This document shows positions 18,686-28,579 of a stretch of 64,000 bases of DNA, piece by piece. A program made the translations under genes and the position numbers. How positions within the stretch are numbered: position 1 is the first letter of the stretch; the number at the start of each line of letters is the position of its first letter. This DNA is from Candidatus Nanoarchaeia archaeon. GTDB taxonomy: Archaea > Nanobdellota > Nanobdellia > Woesearchaeales > GW2011-AR9. The stretch is from the NCBI GenBank assembly GCA_035288985.1, contig DATDYP010000011.1, positions 7,673 to 71,672 on the forward strand, in the 5' to 3' direction. The notes below the pieces were generated by a model. That model made no database searches, was not told the DNA's origin, and saw nothing but the letters and a program-made list of their open reading frames with translations.

Positions 18686-20068
18686 TTATTTTCTCACTAA
18701 TGCAGCCAGAAGTACGGCTATCATCACGATAAGAGCAACCATGGTAACCATGATTGCAGCAAAAGCGAAATCATCGACAGTATAAGGATCTTCGACTGTT
18801 TTAACCACTGTCGAGGATGTGATCAGGTCTTTTCCGGTTGAAGGTGCAGTCGAAGGCTGTTCTTGCGGTGCTGCAGTCTCAGTAGTGTCTTGCTCCTCTT
18901 CTTGTACTACTTCTTCCACAACCTCTGGCTTGCAGTCTTTGACAATGATGTCAACAAGCTCCTTGTCAGAGAAGGTATTGTATTCATACAAAGCATTAAT
19001 TGAGAGTGGATACTTGCCGGTCTTCTGCCCTTCCTTCAGTTTTATGAGATATTGATAAGTATAAGTGTTGTCCTTTGCCGTTCCCCGTTGAATTTCAAAC
19101 TCAACATTATCATCTATGCCAAGTTCAGTATTAAAGATGGACAGAGCAGCATGTTTTTGCGTGTTGGTGCCGTAATTCTTGACTTCAATAGTAAGCATGG
19201 TAGTTCGCGAACAGCTTAGCTCGGCTGGTGAAAAGGCGACAGATTCGATCCTGAGATCATCTTCCTCCCTTTCTACCATAAGGGTAACATCCCATTGTGT
19301 TGAATATGCAGCTCCAGTACCGTCTTCACTTTCAACCGTGATTTCCAGCGTGTACTCTCCTTCATCTGCATCGCCTGGGATGGTAAAGAGAAGAGCGACA
19401 GAATCAAGCGTCTCCCCTGCTTTGAGTTCAAAATCTTCTTCTAAGTCAATATCATCGCCAAAATCGCTGTCATCCAGCTCGACAGTTATGGTACCGTCCA
19501 GGTCCCCTTCATCATAATCTTCATCCAGAAGGTTTCGCAGATCAAATTGCAATTCCACCTCATCGCCGGGAGCTAGTTCATCAAGCTCTTCCCCGTCTTC
19601 GTCAACTTTCTTCTCAGAAACTCCATTGACAAAAAAGGTAATTTTTCGCACTTCCAGCATTTGCTGGACATCCGTCTTGAGATCATAACTGGTTGTTCCA
19701 CTGGTTGTTTCTACTTTTAAGGTGCCGATGGTGTGAACTCCTGCATCAACGTCAGCAGGAACGGTTCCGGTGATGGTAACATCAGAACTTCCTTGTGCAG
19801 ACAATTCCAGTGTCAAGGGTGAAACAGAAAGACTATATCCAGAAGCTAGTCCTTGCAGCGAGATGCTGACGTTTTCTGTAGAGTCGCCAGTATTTTTTAT
19901 CGTTACTGTATGAGAGACATTTACTTTGTCATCATCATCCTGAAGATTGTTATAGCTGATATCAATAGTAAGATCTTCAGCTTCAGCCTCTACAGCTGCA
20001 GAAACAAAGCTGGATAAAAGTAGTACTACGGCAAGTACAAGTGCTATCTGTAATGTAGGTTTTGCCAT
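18686..20068 (-). CDS. Acidic cell-surface protein, paralogous architecture to 16640-18637
   Basis: Signal peptide, Ig/CARDB-like segments (IEVKNYGT), C-terminal TM followed by RK. Confidence 0.75.
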   Translation of the reverse strand: MAKPTLQIALVLAVVLLLSSFVSAAVEAEAEDLTIDISYNNLQDDDDKVNVSHTVTIKNTGDSTENVSISLQGLASGYSLSVSPLTLELSAQGSSDVTITGTVPADVDAGVHTIGTLKVETTSGTTSYDLKTDVQQMLEVRKITFFVNGVSEKKVDEDGEELDELAPGDEVELQFDLRNLLDEDYDEGDLDGTITVELDDSDFGDDIDLEEDFELKAGETLDSVALLFTIPGDADEGEYTLEITVESEDGTGAAYSTQWDVTLMVEREEDDLRIESVAFSPAELSCSRTTMLTIEVKNYGTNTQKHAALSIFNTELGIDDNVEFEIQRGTAKDNTYTYQYLIKLKEGQKTGKYPLSINALYEYNTFSDKELVDIIVKDCKPEVVEEVVQEEEQDTTETAAPQEQPSTAPSTGKDLITSSTVVKTVEDPYTVDDFAFAAIMVTMVALIVMIAVLLAALVRK

Positions 20069-20183
20069 CTATGTTCTTATTTCAGGGTAGTACTATTTAA
20101 ATGTTATGTTACAAAAAAGGACACTGTAACTTTATCGGCAGGTATTGCGTAATTACCGATTTGCTGAGTCTCAGAGAGATGAT

Positions 20184-20552
20184 TTAAGATGTTCCTTCAC
20201 AACCTATCCCATCCTGGTCTCTATCAAATCCATGACGATCGGGTGGAAACACGCGAAAACCCCTATATGGAATGTCTACACAATCCAAATCAGGACCTAA
20301 AGAATCAAGACATAAATCAGGGTATGAAGGATCACAGATCTGCGCCGCTTGTAAATCTTGCCAGTATTCGAGGTCATCTTGCCACTTTGCTAGTCTCTGC
20401 TGCTCTTCCAGCTGCTCTTTTTGCAAATCTAACACCATCTGCCCAGTTATTAGACTTGGCTCAGGAACAGATGGAATAATTAAAACAATGATAAAGAAAA
20501 TTAAACAAGTTGCCACAACCAAACCCCACCCGAATTTAATCCAACCGCCCAT
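20184..20552 (-). CDS. Membrane-anchored Excalibur-like calcium-binding domain protein
   Basis: N-terminal TM; CDPSYPDLC...DLDC...DRHGFDRDQDGIGCE. Confidence 0.75.
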   Translation of the reverse strand: MGGWIKFGWGLVVATCLIFFIIVLIIPSVPEPSLITGQMVLDLQKEQLEEQQRLAKWQDDLEYWQDLQAAQICDPSYPDLCLDSLGPDLDCVDIPYRGFRVFPPDRHGFDRDQDGIGCEGTS

Positions 20553-20673
20553 ATTCCAAAACTGGCCTACTTTAGTATATAAGCATTGTGTAAGAAATAC
20601 CGTCCGCCGATAAGTTAACAGTGTCCAAAAAAGAAACATATTAATAAAAAAAAAGGTTGAAAAAGGTTGATGC

Positions 20674-21195
20674 TTATTTACTGCCCATGTAAAAGAACTT
20701 CTCGACAGACACATCTCCTGCGGTATAATTTCCCAGGCGGGGATGGCTTTCACTTTTCTTCTCTTCCCCTCGCACCTGTTTGATTTCCTGCGATTTGATT
20801 TCCTGCGGCTTAACTTGGCCAGAACTGTCCCTAGCCAAGACCTCGCTGGCAGACTGAATGCGATTATAGGTCTGTGAAGTTCTAAGGTTCTGTATTTCCT
20901 TCTCCATAGCAGCGATCTGTTCTTGAAACTGAGTTATTTTCTTGACCAGGAACTTAGTGTTCTGCTCTAGGATGTCCTTAATTTTTTCCGGCTGAAGATC
21001 TTCCTGCGGTGATGATGAGTTCTTGCCCTGCTGCGGTTCCTGCTGCATGCGGTCGCGGATAGAATTATATTCCCCATCCTTGGCATGGAAAACTTTTTCT
21101 GCCTGTATAACAGCATCCTCGCGGTCATGGGCTAATCCCTGCCGCATCAAGTCAAGAGCAAGCTTGTTAATTTTCTGAATTTGTTCGACATCCAT
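20674..21195 (-). CDS. Hypothetical coiled-coil protein
   Basis: 173-aa ORF with an upstream GAGG; coiled coil; C-terminal HPRLGNY...DVSVEKFFYMG. Confidence 0.7.
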   Translation of the reverse strand: MDVEQIQKINKLALDLMRQGLAHDREDAVIQAEKVFHAKDGEYNSIRDRMQQEPQQGKNSSSPQEDLQPEKIKDILEQNTKFLVKKITQFQEQIAAMEKEIQNLRTSQTYNRIQSASEVLARDSSGQVKPQEIKSQEIKQVRGEEKKSESHPRLGNYTAGDVSVEKFFYMGSK

Positions 21196-21307
21196 GTTGT
21201 GACCTCTTTAGTGTTATACTAGCGTTCCCTCTTTTGTTCTGCACCTAAAGAACGAGAAGTTATACAGGAGTTAATTAATAACGTTTTCCATACTGAGGTA
21301 GATATAC

Positions 21308-21396
21308 CAAAGGCAATTAATTTTCGAACATATCGAATTGCCTTTGTATATACAAAAGCATGAATAATAGTTCGAATATTTTGTGCTTTTGTATAT
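21308..21396. promoter_or_regulatory. Two tandem inverted-repeat sites CAAARGCA-N23-TGCYTTTG
   Basis: CAAAGGCAATT(21308-21318)/AATTGCCTTTG(21336-21346); ATATACAAAAGCA(21348-21360)/TGCTTTTGTATAT(21384-21396); each spacer contains TTCGAA. Confidence 0.55.
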
Positions 21397-21423
21397 TATG
21401 AAAACACGATGATTAGAAGGGAC

Positions 21424-21579
21424 TTATTTTACAGCTGTCTGGCACAGGAAACCTAGAACATTAGGTATGACTCCTTTCGTGCTTAAGAATACTAATATGA
21501 GGCCGGCAACAATACCGATGGCTAAGCCCATGATGAAGAACTTAAACTCGATAATGCCTAATTGTCCCCTTTTTTCCAT
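21424..21579 (-). CDS. Small membrane protein with class III (prepilin-like) signal
   Basis: MEKRG-QLGIIEF followed by a hydrophobic helix; 51 aa. Confidence 0.55.
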   Translation of the reverse strand: MEKRGQLGIIEFKFFIMGLAIGIVAGLILVFLSTKGVIPNVLGFLCQTAVK

Positions 21580-21679
21580 ACTTTCAGGAAATTTTTTACC
21601 TATATAAATGTTTCTGTGCCGCAAAAAACTTTTATTTTTGGTCAAAATATTTATAAAAAGATTTCTTTATGGGGTGTTT

Positions 21680-22069
21680 ATGGATAGGAAAGAATTAACT
21701 GATTATTTAACTGGATTGCCGGATGCACAGTTATATGACCTTAAAGAACTCTATAATGTTCTGGTTAGAGAAGGTCCTTCTAAAAGGGTTGAAACTCTAG
21801 CTATTTTAGAACCTCTGATGCCTGGCAGCATCAATCTTATTGATGCATTAGATGAGGCTAGTGCTTGGTATGCCCAGGCAGAATTTAGCGAAAAACCGTG
21901 GGCGAGGCCGTTTGGCGATACTTATTTAGGTATGATACAATATCAAAAACTGAAAGCGGAGGGAAGATTAGGCCCATTCACTGAGGAATTAAGAAGCATG
22001 CGAAGACGTATTGCTGGTGCAATACTTAGTTTACCTGCTTTTCAGCCCGATAAGGACGAGTTGAATTGA
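21680..22069 (+). CDS. Hypothetical protein
   Basis: GGGGTG before ATG 21680 and TTTATAAA upstream; no recognised motif. Confidence 0.55.
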   Translation: MDRKELTDYLTGLPDAQLYDLKELYNVLVREGPSKRVETLAILEPLMPGSINLIDALDEASAWYAQAEFSEKPWARPFGDTYLGMIQYQKLKAEGRLGPFTEELRSMRRRIAGAILSLPAFQPDKDELN

Positions 22070-22168
22070 CTTAGTGGATCCATCCAATTATCCACCAAAA
22101 CATTTATAAAGTATTAACGTAATTTATATTTAAACATAGCGGTGATGGAAGTTCTATAGGCAGGCACA

Positions 22169-23092
22169 ATGATCCGAAAAAATATTAAGGAATGCCCTGA
22201 ATGCGCAAGCAAGAACATTTTCAGGAACGTTGAGAAAGGAGAGACCATCTGCCGCGATTGCGGGCTGGTTATCGAAGACCGCATGGTCGATTTCTCGCAG
22301 GAATGGCGTAATTTTGAAGATGACGGCCAGACCGGCAAGGGCAGGACAGGAGCTCCAGCCAGCCAAACTCAGTTTGACCAGGGTTTAGGTACAGAAGTAG
22401 GCACTACAGCAGACTTTTACCGTTTAGGCTCAGATAAAGAAAGAGACAGGTTCTTCCGGCTGCGGAAATGGAATATTCGCATCAGCACGGCTATTGAACG
22501 AAACTTGAAAGTTGCCCTGGCAGAATTGAAGAGGGTCAGTTCATTCTTACGCCTGCCAAAATCGGTAGAAGAAGAAGCCGCGCGAATCTACCGGCTGGCA
22601 GTGCAAAAAGGCCTAGTTCGAGGCCGATCCATGGAATCAGTCGTTGCTGGTGCATTATACGCTGCTTGCAGACGGCATGAAATTCCGCGAACGCTGGATG
22701 AGATGGGCGAAGCTTCCGGTATTGAGAAGAAAGAAATTGGCCGAACTTACCGCTTTGTAACCAGAGAATTGGAAATCAGCATCCGGCCAAGCAATCCAGC
22801 TGATTACATTCCACGCTTTGCTTCCGCATTAAAATTAAGTCCAGAAACACAGTCAAAAGCAGTGGAAATTCTGGAAATGGCTCGGGATATTGAATTGACT
22901 TCTGGAAGAGGACCGACAGGTATCGCTGCTGCTGCATTATATGTTGCTTCATTGATCCATGGTGAGAAACGGACGCAGCGGGAAGTGGCTGACGTTGCCG
23001 GCGTAACTGAAGTTACGATCAGGAACAGGTATAAGGAATTAATCAAGAAACTGAAGCTTACGAAGGATGTTGAGAAGAGCAAGAAGAAGTGA
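22169..23092 (+). CDS. tfb: Transcription initiation factor IIB
   Basis: CPEC...CRDCG Zn ribbon, EWRNF, GRTGAP, two cyclin repeats, GVTEVTIRNRYKEL. Confidence 0.97.
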   Translation: MIRKNIKECPECASKNIFRNVEKGETICRDCGLVIEDRMVDFSQEWRNFEDDGQTGKGRTGAPASQTQFDQGLGTEVGTTADFYRLGSDKERDRFFRLRKWNIRISTAIERNLKVALAELKRVSSFLRLPKSVEEEAARIYRLAVQKGLVRGRSMESVVAGALYAACRRHEIPRTLDEMGEASGIEKKEIGRTYRFVTRELEISIRPSNPADYIPRFASALKLSPETQSKAVEILEMARDIELTSGRGPTGIAAAALYVASLIHGEKRTQREVADVAGVTEVTIRNRYKELIKKLKLTKDVEKSKKK

Positions 23093-23107
23093 AGATTTTT
23101 CTAGAAA

Positions 23108-23533
23108 ATGCCTAAGTACGAACCGACTTTAGATGAGCTGGATGAAGCTTGGTATTTGATTAATGAACGTATGGATTGGTATTGGGAAGAAACAGAACCA
23201 AGGAAGCATATGTTGTCCTTTGAAGCTTGTTATAGAAAAGGTGCAAGACATTTATCCAACGCGAAAAATTCAGATCATGGAAAAACTCTACTGAAAAATA
23301 TGTTAGAAGCTCCAAAAGCATATTTTGAGAAAGGTCTGAATCCGAGATTTAATGAGGTAAATGTTTTTGGCGCTTACGCCGCTGCAATACAACTGAATAA
23401 TGATTATCAAGCAGGCGGAATCCAGACAGGTAAACCGAAAACAGAGCCACTTGCCTTTCTAGGTCAAGATGATGTTGGAACTCTCCAGATAAGAATTAAC
23501 ACCCTCAATTATAATCCCTACACAATAAATTAA
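23108..23533 (+). CDS. Hypothetical protein
   Basis: 141-aa ORF directly after tfb, AT-rich; no motif. Confidence 0.55.
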   Translation: MPKYEPTLDELDEAWYLINERMDWYWEETEPRKHMLSFEACYRKGARHLSNAKNSDHGKTLLKNMLEAPKAYFEKGLNPRFNEVNVFGAYAAAIQLNNDYQAGGIQTGKPKTEPLAFLGQDDVGTLQIRINTLNYNPYTIN

Positions 23534-23617
23534 TTGTTAGGAAAAAGTGTTACTTAATACTGAAAAGTAACTAACCACAAAAAAAATTAAAAAGAAAATT
23601 TTTGAAACAGCTTTAAA

Positions 23618-24664
23618 ATGAATATTTCACCGGAATTAAAACAGCAATTAGCTGAACAAAAGAAACAATGCGTTTTCTGTAAATTAATCTCCGGCGAAAT
23701 GCCGGATGCAAAAAAAGTTTTCGAAGATGACAAGACTATTGCTCTTCTCGATATTTACCCCGCCGTGAAAGGACATACCTTATTCATGACCAAGGAACAT
23801 TATCCCATGCCCGCATACATGCCTAGTGAGGAATTTAAACAGATGTTCTCACTGATCCCTAGCTTGGGAAAGGCAGTGAAAAATGCCATGGTCAGAACTG
23901 GACTGAATGTGTTCATCGCACTCGGCGGCGCTGCCGGACAACAGAGTCCACATTTTATGGTTCATCTCCTGCCTCGGGAAGATGAGGACGGCTTTTTCAA
24001 TTTCCTGTTTGGCAAGAAAGGAGAAGTCTTGCGTGAGGAAGAGCAGAAGATGCTGGCACAACATTTGTCCCAGATCATGCAGAACCATTTTGCCCGCAAC
24101 CCAGCACCCTGGCATTCAGGAGCTGGAAGTATTCCTCCCTTTCTGGAAAAAATCAAGGCAGCTTCTAAGACCCTTTATGAAGATGAGAAAGTCCTGTGCG
24201 TCTTTCCCGAAAAGAGCGCTGGAAAAGGACATCTTGTGATCTACAGCAAAATGGAAGAGAAGGAGATTGAGAAACTGTCACAGGAAGATGCCGCTCATCT
24301 CTTTTCCATGGCTTCCCTAGCCAGCACTGCTGTCTTTGAAGGACTGAAAGCGCAGGGAACCAATATCCTCCTTAAATCAGGAAGGTGTGACGATAATCTT
24401 AGTGGAATGTTAGAGATACACATACTTCCACGATGGCAGGATGATAAATTGCAGGGATTGATGTGGCAGCCTAAACAGGCCAGTTATGATCTGGATGGCA
24501 TTGCCGCAAAAATTAAGGACAAGACCTGGAATGTCAAGTACAAGAAAGAAGAAAAGAAAGAAAAAAGTGCTGAAGGAAAAAAAGAAGTAAAAGAAAGTAA
24601 GCCAAAACCATTAACAACTCCTGATGAAGAGATCATCAAGGCTATTGAGAGGTTACGGCAATAG
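23618..24664 (+). CDS. Tandem HIT-domain protein with degenerate triads
   Basis: CVFCKLI, DIYPAVKGHTL, GQQSPHFMVHLLPR; second domain LYEDEK...GHLVI...IHILPR. Confidence 0.85.
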   Translation: MNISPELKQQLAEQKKQCVFCKLISGEMPDAKKVFEDDKTIALLDIYPAVKGHTLFMTKEHYPMPAYMPSEEFKQMFSLIPSLGKAVKNAMVRTGLNVFIALGGAAGQQSPHFMVHLLPREDEDGFFNFLFGKKGEVLREEEQKMLAQHLSQIMQNHFARNPAPWHSGAGSIPPFLEKIKAASKTLYEDEKVLCVFPEKSAGKGHLVIYSKMEEKEIEKLSQEDAAHLFSMASLASTAVFEGLKAQGTNILLKSGRCDDNLSGMLEIHILPRWQDDKLQGLMWQPKQASYDLDGIAAKIKDKTWNVKYKKEEKKEKSAEGKKEVKESKPKPLTTPDEEIIKAIERLRQ

Positions 24665-24836
24665 CTTATCGTATGGATCCTGTTAGTTCCTCCGACCTAC
24701 GAGCGAGGACTAGAATTATCGTTAATAAAATCTCCGAGCGGAGTGGGGAGAACGAGGAACGGAGGGACGACTTTCAGATTTTACTTCAGGGAGAAAAGTT
24801 GTCCGTCTGTCGTCAGGAGGGCGGCATACACAAAGC
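24664..24836. repeat. Multi-stem palindromic intergenic element between convergent genes
   Basis: GTATG/CATAC, TCCTG/CAGGA, TAGTTCCTC/GAGGACTA, TCTCC/GGAGA and GGACGACTTT/AAAGTTGTCC; GAGCGAGG, GAGCGGAG and GAACGGAG motifs. Confidence 0.6.
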
Positions 24837-24847
24837 AAGAATGATCT

Positions 24848-26362
24848 TCATGCTTTCCAAGGTGTTTTTCTTGGCATAACTAAACACAAAATTGTAGTTA
24901 TACCAATGATGAATAATGACGCTCCAACAATCCAGACAGGTTTATCAATAATGTTTCCATAAATAAAAAGAGGAAGTCCTACCACGAAGGCAATCAGAAC
25001 ACCCCAAAATACTCCTCGAGCGTCTAATCTATTCCAATACAGGCTTAAAACTGTAGGAACAACAACACAAGCAGCAACGGTGTTAAATATCCACCAAAGA
25101 TGTTTTAATCCAAAACCGGGAATATTCGCTGCTGCAAGAGCGACCAAAAATCCGAGAATAGTAATTCCAAGCATAGCTAATCGTGAGTGATGAACTCCTC
25201 TTTTATCAAGCTGAGCGTGAATTGCTTCTTCATCTTTTGTAAGAGCAATCTCTTTTTCAGCTTTCCCTAAAATTTTGCGCTCTTTATCACTATACTTTAT
25301 GACATCTATAACATAAAGTGAACTTGCAGCCATGACTCCAGAATCAAGAGTTGACATCAGGGCGCTTAGGAGCATAATAACAAATAGTATGACGGCTGCG
25401 GCAGGCAAAAACTGACTTACCGTTACAACACCAATAAGGGAAACATCTATTCCCGCAGGTAAAGAAACGCCTAGGCTTTGATTCGCTGCGAGAAAACCTA
25501 AAAGAGAAAGTGCAAGGGGAACGATACCAAACATAATTGCACCAAATACAAATGATTTAACAAGATTTTTCTTTTTAATTGCGAACGCTCTTTGCCAGTA
25601 TTGTTGATCTGAGATAGCTCCAGAAATAAGTCCAATCGCAGTTACTATCCCAAAGGAAAATGCTACGGAAGGGTCAAAAATATTTCTAAATTGTCCACTT
25701 ACTCCACCTAAGCCAGCATTTACTGCAGAAAAGCCTCCAACAGCAGAAAGAGTCCATGGAACAACGATAACCACGCCGAGTACAATTAAAATAAACTGGA
25801 TAAAATCGGTAACTATGGAAGCTTCCAGACCAGAAATAAAAGAATAGGCGAGAACAATAACCGCCATAATCACCATCGCATTAATGAGTGGAATGCCTGT
25901 AAGAAATGAAATGAGATTGCCGCCAGCAAAGAGCTGAACGGTAACAGCCATGAGTTGGTAGAAAAAATAAGGAAACAAATACATTTTGTGAACTTTACTG
26001 CTCTCCAACCGATATTTTATCCATTGCGGAAGCGTGTAACCATAAGGAAGTTTTTCTCGGATTTTTGGAGCAAGGAACATAAATAGCAATAAAGCGATTA
26101 TATTCGGAAACGTAAACCAAAAAATTCCAGGTAAGCCCTGCTGATATGCAAACTGTGTTGATACAAATAAGGCAGGTGCCCAAATCCATGATGCAGCAAT
26201 GCTCGTTGCACCAAGCCACCAGTTTACATTTCGTTCAGCAACTAAGAATCCCCGAATTGATTTGTATCTAGTCCAGCGAGCAAAGAAATAAGTAATAAGA
26301 ATCATAAATACGCCATAGGCAAGTAAAGTAAGATAACCTGTGGATTGTGATAAGTATGCCAT
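24848..26362 (-). CDS. Sodium:solute symporter family transporter
   Basis: About 13 TM segments; FLVAER, SIAASWIWAPAL, GLEASIVTDFIQ, DQQYWQRAFA and ALMSTLDS motifs. Confidence 0.88.
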   Translation of the reverse strand: MAYLSQSTGYLTLLAYGVFMILITYFFARWTRYKSIRGFLVAERNVNWWLGATSIAASWIWAPALFVSTQFAYQQGLPGIFWFTFPNIIALLLFMFLAPKIREKLPYGYTLPQWIKYRLESSKVHKMYLFPYFFYQLMAVTVQLFAGGNLISFLTGIPLINAMVIMAVIVLAYSFISGLEASIVTDFIQFILIVLGVVIVVPWTLSAVGGFSAVNAGLGGVSGQFRNIFDPSVAFSFGIVTAIGLISGAISDQQYWQRAFAIKKKNLVKSFVFGAIMFGIVPLALSLLGFLAANQSLGVSLPAGIDVSLIGVVTVSQFLPAAAVILFVIMLLSALMSTLDSGVMAASSLYVIDVIKYSDKERKILGKAEKEIALTKDEEAIHAQLDKRGVHHSRLAMLGITILGFLVALAAANIPGFGLKHLWWIFNTVAACVVVPTVLSLYWNRLDARGVFWGVLIAFVVGLPLFIYGNIIDKPVWIVGASLFIIGITTILCLVMPRKTPWKA

Positions 26363-26366
26363 GCAG

Positions 26367-26645
26367 TTAGTTCCTCTTTTCTTTGATTAAATAGTTTTTC
26401 TTTTTAAAGTTATCCATAACGTTTGCCCCCTGAGAAACAGAATTATAGGAAAAAATTTGGACGGAATGAAATGAAGTCGTTAAATCAACGTTATAGGACA
26501 GTTGCAGAGCAATTTCCTGCGTTTTTTCTTTTATCGATTTAACGAAGTCAGTCCCGTCAAAAAGCATCGGTTTTCCAAAGGAAAGAACCTCGTGAGGCAA
26601 TGTAAAAATTGAAACTAACTTCCATTCAATCTCCTTCATATTCAA
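26367..26645 (-). CDS. Hypothetical protein or gene fragment
   Basis: Fills the gap between MTAP-APRT and the symporter on the same strand; no motif. Confidence 0.35.
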   Translation of the reverse strand: MNMKEIEWKLVSIFTLPHEVLSFGKPMLFDGTDFVKSIKEKTQEIALQLSYNVDLTTSFHSVQIFSYNSVSQGANVMDNFKKKNYLIKEKRN

Positions 26646-27957
26646 CCAGATGAAAGAGGTTATACTTTTCTAATTTTTTTGAGCCTTGCAGATCTGGCAG
26701 ATTTATTACCACTGCCAATCCGGCTACTGTAGCATTTAGCTTCTCAACCAGCTTACAGGCAGCTTCTAACGTTCCACCTGTAGCCAGCAGGTCATCGACA
26801 ATCAAGACCTTGTCCATTTCATGAAGAGAACTCTTATGGATTTCAATTTTATCGGTTCCATACTCCAGGTCATATTCGACTGCAACTGTTTCCGCAGGCA
26901 ACTTGCCTTTTTTGCGGATCAAGACAAAAGGAAGATGCAGTTCCTTAGCCAGAGCTGCACCAAAAATAAATCCTCTTGACTCGATGCCGGCAACTTTTGT
27001 TATTTTTTTATCTTGAAATTGTTCTTTAAAGCGTGCAATGCAATATGCAAAGGCTTCTGGATTTTCTAACAAGGTTGTAATGTCTTTGAACATCACGCCT
27101 TTTTTCGGCCAATGTGGAACCGTCCTGATAACTGTTTTCAAGTCGTATTCCTCTTCTTCATCCTCTTCCTCTTGCGCCAGATTTTTTCCAGCGGCTGTGA
27201 AGGAGATCTTGGTAACTTTTGGAATAGTCTGCATAAGAAGTTTGATTACTTTGCCCACATTTTTTGTAAACACAGCTAATACTTCTTCATGCGTCACTGG
27301 AGCAACATCATCAAACAAGCAGTCATAATCGGTGCTCATAGCTACAGCTGCATAAGGAATTTTGGCTTCGTTAGCTAGTGCACATTCCGGCGCGATGGAC
27401 ATATTGATGACATCAGCTCCCCAGGAGGCAAACATTTTACTTTCTGCTTTTGTCGAGAAACGCGGGCCTTCGATAGTCACGACAGTCCCCTTCCTGTGAT
27501 GCTCCAATCCTAATTCCTGGCAGGATGTAATAAAGGCATTCCGTAATTCTTCAGAAAATGGCGTGGCCATCGGCGTATGCCCATGCTCTCCCGGAGAAAA
27601 GGAATCGTAAAAGGTCAGATCCCTGCGTCGGGTAAAGTCAATGAATTGGTCAAGAATGACCAAGTGACCCCTTCCAATCTCTTTCCGCAGACTTCCGCAG
27701 GCAGTTGTAGCTAAGATATGCGTACAACCGATATCCTTCAAGGCCTGGATATTGGCTTTATAATTAACTTGTGTCGGCGGTATAGTATGCTCCCGCCCAT
27801 GCCTGGCGATAAAAACAACTTCAGTGCCAGCTACCTTGCCTACCCGCAGCGGGGAGGATGGCTTTCCATATCTTGTGACCGCATCCAAGTCATGTTGATC
27901 TTGTACTTGTTCTATTTTGTACAACCCCGATCCGCCGATAATACCTATTTTCACCAT
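26626..27957 (-). CDS. mtaP-apt: Fusion of S-methyl-5'-thioadenosine phosphorylase and adenine phosphoribosyltransferase
   Basis: GIIGGSG, RHGREH, EGPRFSTKAES and MSTDYD; acidic linker; then WPKKGVMFKDIT, GIESRGF, LEYGTD and VDDLLATGGT. Confidence 0.93.
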   Translation of the reverse strand: MVKIGIIGGSGLYKIEQVQDQHDLDAVTRYGKPSSPLRVGKVAGTEVVFIARHGREHTIPPTQVNYKANIQALKDIGCTHILATTACGSLRKEIGRGHLVILDQFIDFTRRRDLTFYDSFSPGEHGHTPMATPFSEELRNAFITSCQELGLEHHRKGTVVTIEGPRFSTKAESKMFASWGADVINMSIAPECALANEAKIPYAAVAMSTDYDCLFDDVAPVTHEEVLAVFTKNVGKVIKLLMQTIPKVTKISFTAAGKNLAQEEEDEEEEYDLKTVIRTVPHWPKKGVMFKDITTLLENPEAFAYCIARFKEQFQDKKITKVAGIESRGFIFGAALAKELHLPFVLIRKKGKLPAETVAVEYDLEYGTDKIEIHKSSLHEMDKVLIVDDLLATGGTLEAACKLVEKLNATVAGLAVVINLPDLQGSKKLEKYNLFHLVEYEGD

Positions 27958-27968
27958 GTATCATTACC

Positions 27969-28532
27969 TCATGCTGTTTTTACGTTTGTCTCTTTAAACA
28001 GTTCACACCACTGATTGAACTTTTCAACCTTGTCCTTTCCGAATTTAGCTAGCTCATCCCTGATCTTTTTTAAAGATTTTTCTTCTGTAAGATACATTGG
28101 ATCTTTTGAATAAAAGCAATCTGCGAAACAGATTATCTCTTCTTCAAGTGAGATCGGATTCATATCCCTTTTAGGGATGGGCAGCTTGTTTTTTTCGATC
28201 TCTGGTTTGGAAATACCCACCCCTGTATGCCTCTCGCAGACTAAAGCATGTTTGGATAGCCCTTCCTTTTCCAACACTTCCCGCCCTAGATAACCATGAC
28301 AAATATAAGGCTTGTCGCCATGGCAGCCTATATCCTGGGCATCTGTTTTGAAAATGCCGATATCATGCAGCATGGCCGCTTCCTGGATAAATTGCAGATC
28401 CGGTTTACGTTCAGGAATGCGTTTAGCAATTTCCAAGGCTTTCTTTGTGACCATAGCCGCATGGATAACAAAGATCTTATGTTCCTTAGAACCGGGCTGG
28501 TAATATTTTTCAATGATCTGGAGAGGCTGCAT
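27969..28532 (-). CDS. HD (HDIG) domain metal-dependent phosphohydrolase
   Basis: H...LHDIG, HGYLG, ERHTGVG and CFAD motifs. Confidence 0.88.
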   Translation of the reverse strand: MQPLQIIEKYYQPGSKEHKIFVIHAAMVTKKALEIAKRIPERKPDLQFIQEAAMLHDIGIFKTDAQDIGCHGDKPYICHGYLGREVLEKEGLSKHALVCERHTGVGISKPEIEKNKLPIPKRDMNPISLEEEIICFADCFYSKDPMYLTEEKSLKKIRDELAKFGKDKVEKFNQWCELFKETNVKTA

Positions 28533-28579
28533 TTATTTTTTAGTAAGCTAATACTATTTAAATTTTAGTATCTGTTACA

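Noticed and set aside
24673..24879. 68-aa plus-strand ORF
   Set aside because: It coincides with the palindromic element, overlaps the symporter end and has no motif.
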